Shown here: positions 1 to 11,190 of the stretch, piece after piece
How the letters are laid out: every line of letters begins with the position of its first letter
How positions within the stretch are numbered: position 1 is the first letter of the stretch
Assembly (NCBI GenBank): GCA_051294905.1
Contig: CM119371.1
Span: forward strand, 19,594,001-19,654,000
Source: Botryllus schlosseri
Lineage: Eukaryota
Direction: 5' to 3'
DNA: 60,000 bases
Notes under the pieces: model-generated
Databases searched by the model: none
What the model saw: only the letters and a program-made list of their open reading frames with translations
Told to the model about the DNA's origin: nothing
Program-made: the position numbers and the translations under genes

Positions 1-3000
1 CACCTCTGTGACGACTCGCACGTGCTCTACCAGTGTGGCCTTTTCCACCAGAAGACTCCAGCCGAACGCAAGAAACTCGTAGAAGAAAAGTCAGTCTGTG
101 TCAACTGCCTGGGCTACGGGCACGAGGCCAGCACGTGCAGGTCAGATCGCAAGTGTCGCATCAGCGGCTGCGGAGCGTCGCATCATACCCTCCTGCATGG
201 GGGCTTTCAAAATAAAATAACCGCAGATGTCCACACCATGTCGTCTTGGCTAAACGGGAAAGTCAATCCCGTGCGGTTATCCGTTATACCGGTTATAATC
301 ACCTCTCCCAATTCGAATGTTAGAGTGATAACCAATGCATTCCTAGATCCAGGTTGTGGACATGTTCTGTGCACACCGCGCTTGCGTAACAAATTAAATA
401 TCCACGGTGATCGTATGATTTGCGAAACGTCGACTGCAGGTGGCGTTTTTGAAAGCGAAGTAGAGGTAGTTTCTCTTACAGTGCAATCCCTTGATCAAAG
501 CACAAGTATCGATATAAAATATGTGCTTGCGTCTTCTCACTTTCCCGATGTGCAAAATCATGCGCCAAATGTTGATACGATATCTACATGTGATCACCTG
601 AGACACATAAACATACCGGTCGCCGATACGAATGATGTAGACCTGGTCCTAGGAAAAGATTTCCTAATGCAATACCCAAATACGGACGTCATTAAGCCTC
701 AGAATGGATTGCCCGGTGCTGAGCGTTCGGTTTTCGGTTGGTCTCTTGCTGGCGCTGACCGCACCCTTGTCAAATCTGGCTTTAAGCCCAATAGTGTGAA
801 TTTTATCGATATCAATTTTGTGCATGCCGAAAAACCCTTGTTTGACCGATTTGATTCGCCAAAATTGCCAATGTGTTCTAGTTGTAACGCTGATTTTTCG
901 GACGTTTGGGTTGACCCCTACGAGTCGCAAAACTCGATCGAAGACGAACAAGCGCTGTCCATTATGAAAGAATCCGCGCACATATTGAACGGCCGGTTCC
1001 GAGTTGCTCTGCCATGGAGAACAAAAGAGGTGAAACTTCCGTATAATCGCGAAGCTGCCGAGAAATCGCTCGAAAATCAACGCTCGAGATTCAAGAAAGA
1101 TCCAGAGTTCTTTCGAAAGTATAAAGAAAAAATTGACGAATACTTGTCTCGAGGCTACGCGCAAGTGGTCCCGCCCGACTTACTTCCTTCATCTGAAAGG
1201 ACTTTCTATCTCATCCATTTCCATACCCGACAGCAGAAGATGCGAATTGTCTTTGATGCTAGCCGCAAATTCTCGGGCATCAGCCTGAATAGCCAACTGC
1301 TCAGTGGGCCCGACGTCAACTCCTCTCTAATTGGAGTCCTATGCCGTTTTCGTATGGGCAGGTACGCTTGGGTCGCCGACCTGGCTCAGATGTTCTCAAG
1401 AATTCAGACCTATCCAGGAGACTCGGATAGCTTACGTTTCCTCTGGTTCGAAGACAGCAGACTGGATGGAAAAGCGATCGATTATCAGATGACGTCTCAC
1501 GTTTTTGGAAGCACGTCTTCACCTTGCATTGCTCAATTCTGTCTTCGTCAAATTGCTATGTTAAACGGCACCAGCGCCGACAAGCCTACGCTCGACTGTA
1601 TCTTACGTAACACATATGTAGATGACATACTTCATTCATCAGATGACCTCGGAGCTTCGATCGCGATCATCGAGCAGCTACGAACGCTTTTCGCTCATTA
1701 CGGTTTCAACCTCACGAAATTCGCCAGCGGCAGGAGCGAGATCATGTCGCGGATCCCCCAAGATGCCCGCGCTGCCAACCTGGTTGATCTCGACTTCACG
1801 AATTCCAGTGACGAACGTACATTGGGAGTTATCTGGGACATGACAGAAGACTCGCTTCGCGCCCGGACTAACATCAAACCCAAGCCTTTTACACGAAGAG
1901 GCATCGCAAGCCAAATCGCTCAGATCTACACTCCGTTTGGATATCTGAGCCCGTTCCTGTTACCGGCACGGCTGCTCCTGCAAGAAATATCTCGTGATGA
2001 CCTGGAGTGGGACGCACCGATCGATGATGCTTTCACAGAAAAGTGGAATAAATGGGTCGATGCACTTCCAGAACTCGAAAAGCTATCGTTTCCCAGGTGT
2101 TACAAGCCGCCTGGGTTCTCGCCAGTAAATATTCAGCTCCATGCGTTTGCTGATGCTAGCACATATGGTTATTCTTCCTGTTGTTACCTCCGCTTTGAGG
2201 ACGCTGGCGGAAAGGTTCATGTCTCCTTCGTCAGAGGAATATCCAGGGTCGTGCCAAAGAACGCACCCAGCATTCCAAGACTAGAACTCACGGCTGCCGT
2301 AGCCTGCATAAAACTTGCCAGAGACATTATCAAAGACATTGACTACAAGATCGACTCCGTTCACTACTGGACCGACAGTACCGCGGTACTCCAAAGCATT
2401 CGGAGTACTTCTGCTCGTTTCAACACCTTCGTACATCAAAGACTGCTCAAGATTCGAGCTCTGTCTCGTACCGACCAATGGTGTCACGTCGACTCGGCTA
2501 ATAATCCGGCTGATATTGGCTCATGCGGGCTCCCACCAGTGGCAACGCGCAAAAATGTGGTTCGAAGGTCCTGACTTTCTACGTCAGTCTTTCGACTCAG
2601 GGTCTGGTCTCACAGATGCACACCGACCCGTCAAGCTAATGGAGCCAGTGTTCTCGATTGACGTGTCGCCGACAAAAGGGCCGCTCAGCGACTACTTGCG
2701 TAGTTTCTCATCATTCACCAGTCTCGTTCGCTCGACCGCTTGGATACTTCGGCTACGTTCTATGCTGCGCTGGAAGATGAAAGGCTCGCCAACGAACCCG
2801 CTCCTTGAACCGCGCTCTGGCTTCCTCACGGTTGAGGAGCTGGAGGAAGCGACGAAGGAAGTCATCAGACTAGTGCAAGCCGAGTCATTTCCCAGTGCTA
2901 TCGAATCGCTTCGTGACAACGCTCGCGCTGAGCATGTTAGTGTTAACAAAAAATATGTTCCCAATTCGTTGTCGAAATTGATACCTTTTGTAGATGATGG

Positions 3001-4195
3001 TGTCATGCGTGTCAAGGGTCGTCTGAATCGCTCACAACTGCCCGATGACGCAAAAAATCCCATGATCCTACCGGCTGGCCACCATGTCACTCACTTGATT
3101 ATTCGTCAATATCATGTGGCTAATGGCCATTGTGGCACGCTACAAGTCCTGTCCCTAATTCGTGAGAAATTCTGGGTCATGAAAGGTCAAACTTCCATTC
3201 GCAAAGTACTAAATAAATGTGTATTTTGTCAATGCCGCCGTGCTAACCTGGGCTCCCAATACATGGCCGACCTCCCGCACTATCGTCTAACCCCACACAA
3301 GGCTGTTTTCAATCATACAATGGTCGACTATTTTGGTCCTTTGATCTGCAAGCGCAAACGTACCGAGCTTAAGCGCTATGGCTGTGTATTTACCTGTTTA
3401 TGTACTCGAGCTGTACATTTGGAAGTCGTTGATTCACTTGAGACTTCTTCCTTTCTGATGGCATTTTTAAAATTCTGTGATATTCGAAATAGGTCCACCC
3501 ACATGTTCAGTGATAATGGCACGACTTTTGTAGGCGCTCAAAAAGAGCTTGCAAAAGCACTCAAAAATTTGAACTCCAAGCATGTTGCCTCCTCACTAGC
3601 TGACAGAGGTATCCAGTGGCATTTTTCACCCAGTCTCGCACCGCATTTCAATGGATGTGTTGAACGTGTAGTCGCTTTGTGTAAACGCACTCTATATGCC
3701 CTCAATAACAATGCTGCTTTTCAGGATAATACTTTATCTGCGTTGTTTTATGGAGTCGCTCGCATTTTGAACGATCGGCCCCTAACGCCCATTTCAGATG
3801 ACACAAATGACTTGCCGTGTCTGACTCCAAACTCCCTCATTCTAGGGAGACTTGACCCTTCTATCCCGACTCACAAGTTCTGTAAAGCTGATGATTATGC
3901 TAAAAACTGGCGTAACGTCCAACGTAAACTCGATCTCTTTTGGGAAAGGTGGTTGAAAGAGTACCTACCCTTGCTGCAATCTCGTTCGAAGTGGCTTGAA
4001 AAAACGCCCAATTTCAAAGTAGGGGATATCGTTCTCATGTCTGATTCCTCTGCACCACGCGGTAAATGGCCGAAAGCCATAGTTGAGCAGACATTTCCAG
4101 ATTGTCATGGTTTGGTCCGAAAAGTCACTGTACGTACTCCCACTGGTACTTATAGTCGCGACATACGCAAGTTGTGTCGCCTCGAACTCGAATAA
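1..4195 (+). pseudogene. BEL/Pao gag-pol polyprotein with one frameshift at about 2530-2555 (ORFs 22..2574 and 2315..4195)
   Basis: Knuckles CVNCLGYGHEASTC and CRISGCGASHHTLLH; protease FLDPG; RT RIVFDAS...YVDD; RNase H HAFADAS/PRLEL/WTDS/NPAD. The second frame carries WFEGPDFL and the integrase HHCC, DYFGP, SDNGTTF and ER motifs. The frame switches between NPADIGS and WFEGP. Confidence 0.9.
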
Positions 4196-4446
4196 TTTTT
4201 TACTTTCTCGTTTTGCATGCCTTTCTGTATCTTGCCAATTTGTACCCTATTTGGCAATATTGCACGTTTTCTGTACATTATTTTCACTTACTGCGGCTGT
4301 ATCCGCTTCTGTACATTGCAACCACTTTGCATATATTTCTTCACTCCCTGATTGTCTTCATGATCTGAAAAACCACCATTCCTCAATTTCTGTGGCTCAC
4401 CGATAACTGCATTTTTACAATTATGTTTCGCCACGGGGGCGGCCTA

Positions 4447-4660
4447 TGTCACGGTGGTTTTACGCCTGTATCTATGATACCGTCACACATGACTGCTGCG
4501 CAACACGAGGTCAAGTCTCCTAGCACATGCTCAGTCTCTCTGTAGTTTTCGCAGTGTAAACAGGGCTGTGTAACGCTGTTAGTTTGAACTGGTATTAACG
4601 TATTTTCGCATTTAGAGTATTTGCCAACGTATTTTTTAACGATATGCTATTGGACTAGAC
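4447..4660 (+). repeat. BEL/Pao 3' LTR, first part
   Basis: Starts TGT immediately after the polypurine tract and ends at the hAT insertion. Confidence 0.75.
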
Positions 4661-4837
4661 CAGGGGTGGGCAAACTTTTGAGCTCGCGGGCCGCATTCAA
4701 CATCTGAATCCATTCGCGGGCCGCACTATATAAAATTGGGATTATAAACCATAACGTAATATTGATATTTGATTATATAGTGAGGACATGGAAATAATAT
4801 ATGTGCTTATGTAAAACAAGCCAAACATTGCTTCGAT

Positions 4838-5513
4838 AGTAGTTATATAGATCGGTCAACCGGTGGCAGGGGTTCTTATGGGCGGGGTGGTGAGCGGCTG
4901 GAAAACCGGGGGTGGTGAGCGGCTCTTATTTCTTATGGCGGGGGTGGTGAGCGGCTATTGCGTCTTATGGCGGGGGTGGTGAGCGGCTCTTATTTCTTAT
5001 GGCGGGGGTCGTGAGCGGCTGGAAAACCGGGGGTGGTGAGCGGCTCTTTTGTCTTATGGCGGGGGTGGTGAGCGGCTATTGTGTCTTGTGGTCGCACGGT
5101 AACCCTTTTCAGTATAGGGATCGGTCGCAAGCGGCTCTTATTTCTTATGGCGGGGGTCGTGAGCGGCTATTTCGTACTTTCAGGCATCTCTCTCGCGTGG
5201 TGTTGAATAGTCACCAACAATAACCACACAAACGGAAACGCGGCTTGTAAGAGGATTTACGCAGTGCGTGCGACCTATATTTCGAATGACCTGCGCGCTG
5301 AATTGTTACCCGTGCAGCTGTGTGCTACTATCGATTATTACACTATTCCATTCAGTGCGAAATAGTTTGATCGTAAATTATGATATATGATGTCGTAGTT
5401 TAGTCGTGTCAAATGACCGATCGTGTTCTCTTTCCTCGCTATTGATTGCTAGCTGAATAATACTTTCGGCTTATTCGCTGCTTCGTGCCTACAAAATAGT
5501 CTGCTGTTCACAG
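4838..5513 (+). repeat. Maverick left terminal inverted repeat (676 bp)
   Basis: Reverse complement of 21425-22100, same length, with no mismatch noticed by eye. Confidence 0.96.
4876..5168 (+). repeat. G-rich subterminal tandem repeats within the TIR (core GGGGGTGGTGAGCGGCT, about 8-9 units)
   Basis: Visible directly and mirrored at about 21770-22062. Confidence 0.9.
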
Positions 5514-5556
5514 GCGCAACAAGAATCACAAGTATATACATTTACACATTCGTTTA

Positions 5557-6000
5557 TTACTCTGAAATCAAACTCTTCACAAAAACATGTACAATCGTAT
5601 CATTCACTTTTTTATCATCGCCAAAATTATCCAAGTATTCCTCTGTTGAAAACCCTTGAGCTCTTTTTATCAAGAATGCGATAGCATGATCTCCACACAC
5701 ATCTGAAGTTTTACTCTGTAACTGTTTCCCAGTCACTGAAAATTCATCCGGCTCCAGGAATTCGATTATCTGAGGTTTTAGTGGTCCGAAGCCTAGCGAA
5801 TCATGAAAATGAGTATCGTCATCTCTGTATATAGACACCCAGTGAGACCCAGGTAAACTCGACTCATCGTAATTAATGGTGATAGCGAATTTTCCGCTAG
5901 TTGGTTTCTTCGGTAACTGATCTACTGGATAAGTTCCTAGATATAGACTTTGTGTGTCAGGGTGGTTATAGAGAATATCATCGATCTCAGACGTATTCAT
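5557..6000 (-). CDS. Adenain-like (C5-type) cysteine protease
   Basis: Catalytic H/D/Q/C motifs GSHWV, HDSLG and QSKTSDVCG. The start at 6000 overlaps the capsid gene stop (ATGA). Confidence 0.92.
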   Translation of the reverse strand: MNTSEIDDILYNHPDTQSLYLGTYPVDQLPKKPTSGKFAITINYDESSLPGSHWVSIYRDDDTHFHDSLGFGPLKPQIIEFLEPDEFSVTGKQLQSKTSDVCGDHAIAFLIKRAQGFSTEEYLDNFGDDKKVNDTIVHVFVKSLISE

Positions 6001-7268
6001 ATTTCGACGACTTGTCTTTTTTGATTCAGTTGTAGAAGATGTTGAAACTCCTTCAAACATAACAAGGTTACGGAGGTTGGTAAAGGTTTCGATGTAGTCA
6101 AAACCAGATGCACAGTTCCTGTCTTATGAAGTTGATAACATCCCAAACTATTATCAGGTGTCAAATCAAACACAAAAAGAGTGTACCCCTTGACATAATC
6201 TTCGCGAGAAATATTTAAAGGTGCCTCGGATTCCCAGCGACCTGTCTGAGAGAATAGTGTCATATAACCTTCGAGTCCACCGTGTTTACCAAAATCGAAA
6301 TGAAATTCGCGTCCGTTAATTTGTCGCCCGTCCACACTTAACGAAAGATTTTGAACATCAAAGTGTTTAAAGTTGAATGGATTTTTGGTTCGAACACCGT
6401 TAAATGTCGTGGTCTCAACTAAACCAATTACGATCTTCTTTGGCATGGTGCCGCTAACTAACTCTCTATCAATTTTCGACAAACCCGCGGCGAATGTATG
6501 AGTCGACATTTGTAAGCGTATCCAGGGGTACTTGGCAGTATTCTTCTGTAATACAGACTTGTGTGCTAAGCTTACACTTTCAGCGATCTTCATCTGTTTG
6601 ACATACACCTCCATTTCGAGTAAAACAATTTGTACATCTTCCGCGTCGCCAAGCAGACAGAAATTATCTTCGTTACGTGTAAATTTTAATTTCATGTCGA
6701 CATTATCCAACATACATCTAGACTGTTCAAAAAGACCCATTCGAATTTTTCCGATCAACTCTAGCGGAGTGCTGTTTTTTGTAAGGTCTTTTCGTTTAAC
6801 ATATCCAGTATTCGCTACACCAAGAACATCCATAGATCCAGCGACATCTTTATAAAAACCTTGTCCTTGCACAAAACTCTCCGAGGCATCATGTGTATCA
6901 TTCAACAACCGAGAGATATAAGCTTTGTACGCATGACAATTATCCGAATTTGTGATAACCTCATTTGAAATAGTTACATCGATTTGTTTGAAAAGAGAAT
7001 CCAACATGTTATTGACCAGACCCACTTGTGTATCGTTTGCTAAATCAGTTCCATCGCGTTTAGTGAGCTTCAAACGTAATCTCAAGAACGTGTTTTGTAG
7101 ATCCATATATCGATCCGTCCTTGGTAATTGTACTTCCATGACATTCCCTAAACTATGGGGTTTGACGACGACATATTGCGATTCCTCAATACTGGTTTGT
7201 GTGTGGGGTATACTAAATATGTTTAATCCCGAGTTATGACATTCTCTGGAACCCGCGTGCATCAACAT
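5997..7268 (-). CDS. Major capsid protein (double jelly-roll, Polinton PY)
   Basis: 423 aa with Maverick MCP-type motifs: LNIFSIPHTQTSIE, LDSLFKQIDV, NPFNFKHF, GYTLFVFDLTPD. Confidence 0.92.
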   Translation of the reverse strand: MLMHAGSRECHNSGLNIFSIPHTQTSIEESQYVVVKPHSLGNVMEVQLPRTDRYMDLQNTFLRLRLKLTKRDGTDLANDTQVGLVNNMLDSLFKQIDVTISNEVITNSDNCHAYKAYISRLLNDTHDASESFVQGQGFYKDVAGSMDVLGVANTGYVKRKDLTKNSTPLELIGKIRMGLFEQSRCMLDNVDMKLKFTRNEDNFCLLGDAEDVQIVLLEMEVYVKQMKIAESVSLAHKSVLQKNTAKYPWIRLQMSTHTFAAGLSKIDRELVSGTMPKKIVIGLVETTTFNGVRTKNPFNFKHFDVQNLSLSVDGRQINGREFHFDFGKHGGLEGYMTLFSQTGRWESEAPLNISREDYVKGYTLFVFDLTPDNSLGCYQLHKTGTVHLVLTTSKPLPTSVTLLCLKEFQHLLQLNQKRQVVEI

Positions 7269-7273
7269 AGTTC

Positions 7274-7645
7274 TTAGTCGAATATATCCTGCTGTTTACG
7301 ACGACGTTTGGATGAAGTGTTCTTTGACTTTGTTTTTTTCCTTTTTATAGCTTTTGGGGTTAAAATTTTATCAATCACTCGACCGCCAGCTTGTTTACTT
7401 CTCTTGACGACACTAGACTTGATCGAATTACCCCGTAATAGATCTCTCGCTATTTCACCTCCAGTCCGTAACAATTGACCACCAGCATATTTCGCAATAG
7501 GTGTCACTAAACGACCAAGTGATTTAAACAAACTCCCGATACCGGAACCGGCTTGAACTCCACCACTAAAATATCCATAACCATCACCTGTCTGGTTATA
7601 ATGACGATGGACAGAATGATGGTCACACGTGAAAACAACTTTCAT
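7274..7645 (-). CDS. Basic virion core / membrane-active protein with a cupiennin-like amphipathic helix
   Basis: A Gly-rich putative protease site QAGSG is followed by the amphipathic GIGSLFKSLGRLVTPIAK, then a Lys/Arg-rich C-terminus. Confidence 0.7.
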   Translation of the reverse strand: MKVVFTCDHHSVHRHYNQTGDGYGYFSGGVQAGSGIGSLFKSLGRLVTPIAKYAGGQLLRTGGEIARDLLRGNSIKSSVVKRSKQAGGRVIDKILTPKAIKRKKTKSKNTSSKRRRKQQDIFD

Positions 7646-8037
7646 AATCGCTTCCTAATGTTAAATGTAGCTTGCAATGAACGACTTATTATATTTATAG
7701 GTTCCCCAAACTCATCCCTGAGGTAAAGACATACAGAATCTACAACATCTTTTGAAACAGGGAAATAATACGGATTTGTCGCTACCCAATTATGCGTGAC
7801 ATCACTAGTTGTCAGTGGTATAACTCGTAATAAACGCGCTAACGTATCTCCAAGTAAGTGAGGGTGAATAATATCACAATACACAAACAAATATTGACCA
7901 ATCGCCGGTTCGGTTAAAGTGAAATCGATCTCCATGAGGGCTAATTCACAATATCTCGTCGGGATGTTGTTGATGGTGAGTAGTCTGTGTTCAAAATCAA
8001 CACCAAGCATAGAGGTGGTTAACGTCACTATTTTCAT
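7642..8037 (-). CDS. Minor capsid protein (penton) paralog 3, 131 aa
   Basis: Motifs ELALMEI, YLFVYCDII, GDTLARLLRVI, PYYFPV and LRDEFGEPI are shared with the two upstream paralogs. Confidence 0.8.
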   Translation of the reverse strand: MKIVTLTTSMLGVDFEHRLLTINNIPTRYCELALMEIDFTLTEPAIGQYLFVYCDIIHPHLLGDTLARLLRVIPLTTSDVTHNWVATNPYYFPVSKDVVDSVCLYLRDEFGEPINIISRSLQATFNIRKRL

Positions 8038-8705
8038 CGTGCGTGGAGTGTCAATGTGGTCTCTATATCATGTACTAACTGACCGTATTGGTCTCGGATG
8101 GTGATTTTTATATCGCGGATGTGGTTAATCGACACTGGGAAATAAAACGGTTTTTCATATACAACTTCTTGTCTCATACACATCTCGTTATTTACTTGGA
8201 TCACACGAAGCAATTGACTCATGTAATCACCCACCGGATGATGTCGTAGTACATTGATATACACAAAAAGATATCTGAGGTGGGGTTGAGTTGGTTTAGG
8301 TTTGATCGACGTGACATTACATACTGGTGTCGACACTTGATCAACTACACTGAAATAATTCGTGAATATATCCGTGGGGTGGAGTGTGATACGTTTCGAG
8401 TAACGAATTCGGAAAAGTTCATCGTTGATTCTTTCGGTGAAACAGTGTTTGAAACTTTCAGCTAATATTCTTCGCGTCAACTCGAGGTTGTTTGCATAAT
8501 TCCCAAGTGGTGTTAGGTACGCATCTACTATTCGATCTTTCTCATTATGTAGCTCCCAGAGTGCTTGATCGTGATTGATTATAATTCGATCAAGAGATTC
8601 ACTGACAAAACTCATATCCATCAATGCGAGTTCATTACAAATAATTTCGTTCGGTAACACCACTGAGAATTCGCCCTGGGTGCCAGACAACGTGATGTAA
8701 CTCAT
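8034..8705 (-). CDS. Minor capsid protein (penton) paralog 2, 223 aa
   Basis: Motifs ELALMDM, YLFVYINVL, GDYMSQLLRVI, PFYFPV and IRDQYGQLV. Confidence 0.8.
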   Translation of the reverse strand: MSYITLSGTQGEFSVVLPNEIICNELALMDMSFVSESLDRIIINHDQALWELHNEKDRIVDAYLTPLGNYANNLELTRRILAESFKHCFTERINDELFRIRYSKRITLHPTDIFTNYFSVVDQVSTPVCNVTSIKPKPTQPHLRYLFVYINVLRHHPVGDYMSQLLRVIQVNNEMCMRQEVVYEKPFYFPVSINHIRDIKITIRDQYGQLVHDIETTLTLHAR

Positions 8706-9532
8706 ATTGAATCAACAGCTCTACGACGGAAGCGTAGGGTCACTGTCACTGGTGCTTTTCGAAATTTAATGGGGTTGCCAGCGGCATCACGTAGATAAAT
8801 TCGTATTGTTCTAAAATTGTTTCTCGCTAAAGCAAAGAAGTATGGTTTTGGGAATATATTGATTTGGTTTTCATTCGGTTTAGCGGTTACAGTAACCACC
8901 CGTAAAAGTTGTTGCAGCTTGTTACCGTGTGGTCTTGGTTGTATCAGATCGCAATACACATAAACCTTATCAATCCGTTCCAACTTTATCGCGGGTGTAA
9001 ATATAAATTCTACCACTCCGCGGCGACGGGATACAACACGTCTAAATGTTATTGTGTCCAACACAGAACCAAGTGGTATCAGTCCGTAAGGCTCGGGTGA
9101 ATCATGTGTGGTACGGGGTACGTGTCTGGCGCTAGAGTCTGCGGTGTCGGTATTTATGGGTACACCCCGCTTGGGTCTTTTTTTACTCGTGACTAATCTT
9201 CTGAATGTGATTCTAAAGTCTCCGAATCCTTGTAAAATGAAAATGTCCCCCATGTAATATTTCTCGTACGATTCTAACATTTCACCGATGCTGTAATACG
9301 AGCCTTCGGGAATATAATACCGATCGGTGTATCCATTCGCATCGACAAATCCAAAACCGATACTTTTCGCTGTCACTTCAATTCGCGGTTGAAAATCATT
9401 GGGGAAGGTTAGCTCACATAATCCCAGCTCATGGCGACTCATTTCTAATTCTTTGTAAAGTTCCGTTTGAAAATCTGTGCTAGTATTCGGAAATTTATCC
9501 AAACTCGCATTCGAAGGTAGAGTCAACAACAT
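8702..9532 (-). CDS. Minor capsid protein (penton, Polinton PX) paralog 1
   Basis: Starts MLLTLPSNAS at the ATG at 9532. Motifs ELGLCELTFP, YVYCDLI, LLRVV, PYF and LRDAAGNPIKF. Confidence 0.88.
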   Translation of the reverse strand: MLLTLPSNASLDKFPNTSTDFQTELYKELEMSRHELGLCELTFPNDFQPRIEVTAKSIGFGFVDANGYTDRYYIPEGSYYSIGEMLESYEKYYMGDIFILQGFGDFRITFRRLVTSKKRPKRGVPINTDTADSSARHVPRTTHDSPEPYGLIPLGSVLDTITFRRVVSRRRGVVEFIFTPAIKLERIDKVYVYCDLIQPRPHGNKLQQLLRVVTVTAKPNENQINIFPKPYFFALARNNFRTIRIYLRDAAGNPIKFRKAPVTVTLRFRRRAVDSI

Positions 9533-9545
9533 TTTATTGTTTCTT

Positions 9546-9779
9546 TCAACATATACGGTGAGGTGATGGATTCGGTAATAAATACCCAAGTGAAGAAGAC
9601 AGTAGCGTTAAATATATCTCACGATCCACCCCGACAGAAATTTGATATAATGAAAACACGATTACACACACTAACATACAAATCTGTACAATAAACACAA
9701 TCTGGTTTTTCAGACTGTTCGAGACTTGACCCATGCGAGATGAGACGTTATCAGAATCCATAGTTTGGTTGAACAACAT
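9546..9779 (-). CDS. Small two-helix membrane protein
   Basis: Hydrophobic IVFIVQICMLVCVIVFSLY and YLTLLSSSLGYLLPNP segments, tightly packed into the gene block. The true start may be Met 9761. Confidence 0.75.
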   Translation of the reverse strand: MLFNQTMDSDNVSSRMGQVSNSLKNQIVFIVQICMLVCVIVFSLYQISVGVDREIYLTLLSSSLGYLLPNPSPHRIC

Positions 9780-9788
9780 TTTCGGTGT

Positions 9789-10859
9789 CTATTTATACAA
9801 ATCCGAGACCCAAGAATTAAATGTAGACGGATAACCCAACCATTTTACAAGATATTGCGTTTTCTTTCCTTTCCTGCGAGTAGACAGGATTTTTTCGATA
9901 TTGTAAATATTATTATTTTTCGTTATTGGTTGTAACTCTTCACGCTGAAAGCGACCGTCTATAACTTCACCATGGTAGTCTTTCAATTGATAAGTAGGAG
10001 GGTCACCTTTACGACATTGAGATACGAAAAAGATTTCTTCGGTCCAACTCGCCAAGGCACTTTTTACAAAATTACCACGTGATTTCGAAATCCTGACGGG
10101 TGTGCCGATAGTTAGTTTGGGTTTTTTAGGGGTCATGTCGCCGTATAACCTATGGAAAATTTGTTCTTGATTTGAATAATCAACATCCGCTGGAGGACAC
10201 CCTATAGCAACGTGAAAAGTAGTGTTATACCCCTGGCATATCTCGGACAGGACACTGACATAATTCAAAGTCTTATTATGCGTGAAATAACGGTATAACA
10301 CTTGCTTCACAGTACGAATAACACGCTCGCATATCGATGCTTTCAGTTCACTATTTGTATGAAAATGTCGCACATTGTTATCTTTCAAGAAAGTCTGAAA
10401 CGCACGATTGGTAAACTCAGAACCCTGATCACTTTGAATAACATGAGGTATACGATCCTTAAATATTTCCTTGAATCCGCGAATAATACCTTGCGAGGTT
10501 TTGTTTTTGAGTGGATACAGATATAAAAATCGACTGAAACAATCGATCGTCACCAACACATATTTAAAATTGTCGTTTTCTTTTGAAAGATTTTGCATAT
10601 GCATGAGATCGGTTTGATACTGAACACCGAGACCGGATGTAATCACTCTAGGTCTCTTAAATTTCTTTCGGTAGGGAAAATGTTTTGTGTACGCGTCCTT
10701 GCTCGAAAGAAACTCCTTGACTTTGGCTCTATTCCGCCCTCTAGAGAATACGTATGCACCGCGATAACTACCGGGTAGCCCTGGCGTGAAATACTTAGTA
10801 TGGCTCCCATCCGTATCGTCTCGGGGTCTTGGGTGTACGACCGCTTTTCGTCTTGGCAT
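9789..10859 (-). CDS. Retroviral-like (rve) integrase with C-terminal chromodomain
   Basis: DDE triad QTDL / SDQGSEF / SICER. Chromodomain YNIEKIL...YLVKWLGYPSTFNSWV. Confidence 0.96.
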   Translation of the reverse strand: MPRRKAVVHPRPRDDTDGSHTKYFTPGLPGSYRGAYVFSRGRNRAKVKEFLSSKDAYTKHFPYRKKFKRPRVITSGLGVQYQTDLMHMQNLSKENDNFKYVLVTIDCFSRFLYLYPLKNKTSQGIIRGFKEIFKDRIPHVIQSDQGSEFTNRAFQTFLKDNNVRHFHTNSELKASICERVIRTVKQVLYRYFTHNKTLNYVSVLSEICQGYNTTFHVAIGCPPADVDYSNQEQIFHRLYGDMTPKKPKLTIGTPVRISKSRGNFVKSALASWTEEIFFVSQCRKGDPPTYQLKDYHGEVIDGRFQREELQPITKNNNIYNIEKILSTRRKGKKTQYLVKWLGYPSTFNSWVSDLYK

Positions 10860-11190
10860 GCTGAGTCTTTACTTTGCTTCGTTGGCTACTCGGTGATGGT
10901 ATAGGAATCCTTGATGGTTCACCCTTGATCAGGCGTCGCAGTGCGTCCAACTCACTAGCCGAAAATAGATTCCTTTGTTCTGATATATCGATTTTCATCG
11001 GTTGATTCAGTGTGTCGTGTTTTGTTTGATAACGATTTAGTGCGTCGTTATATAAGGCTAATTTTCGTTCTTGGGGTATGTTCATCTGTAATATGTCGCT
11101 CATACATTTGTCGATATCCAAATTCAATTTCTGAACGTCAGCTCCGTTGATCGGGCTCGGATTTATGAGGATTTTTTTAAAAGAAGTCAT
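10795..11190 (-). CDS. Maverick hypothetical protein, 131 aa
   Basis: Co-oriented ORF with an ATGA overlap with the upstream gene; helical N-half and basic tail ending WEPY. Confidence 0.7.
   Translation of the reverse strand: MTSFKKILINPSPINGADVQKLNLDIDKCMSDILQMNIPQERKLALYNDALNRYQTKHDTLNQPMKIDISEQRNLFSASELDALRRLIKGEPSRIPIPSPSSQRSKVKTQHAKTKSGRTPKTPRRYGWEPY

Larger units (their letters stand above)
1..4660 (+). mobile_element. BEL/Pao LTR retrotransposon (5' part lies outside the window; 3' LTR interrupted at 4660)
   Basis: Domain order is gag Zn-knuckles, PR, RT, RH, IN with BEL/Pao-type motifs. A purine-rich tract GGGGGCGGCCTA is followed by an LTR start TGTCAC at 4447. Confidence 0.93.

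Noticed and set aside
2500..2574. Programmed frameshift in the BEL pol gene
   Set aside because: BEL/Pao elements normally have one ORF here. Nearby motif decay (SCG for SRG, YTP for YDP) points to mutation.
4876..5168. CRISPR-like repeat/spacer appearance
   Set aside because: The linkers are short and recurrent rather than unique, the context is a eukaryotic TIR, and there are no cas genes.
4999..5223. Identical 74-aa ORFs in both TIRs (also 21715..21939)
   Set aside because: They are a by-product of the G-rich tandem repeats and show no protein features.
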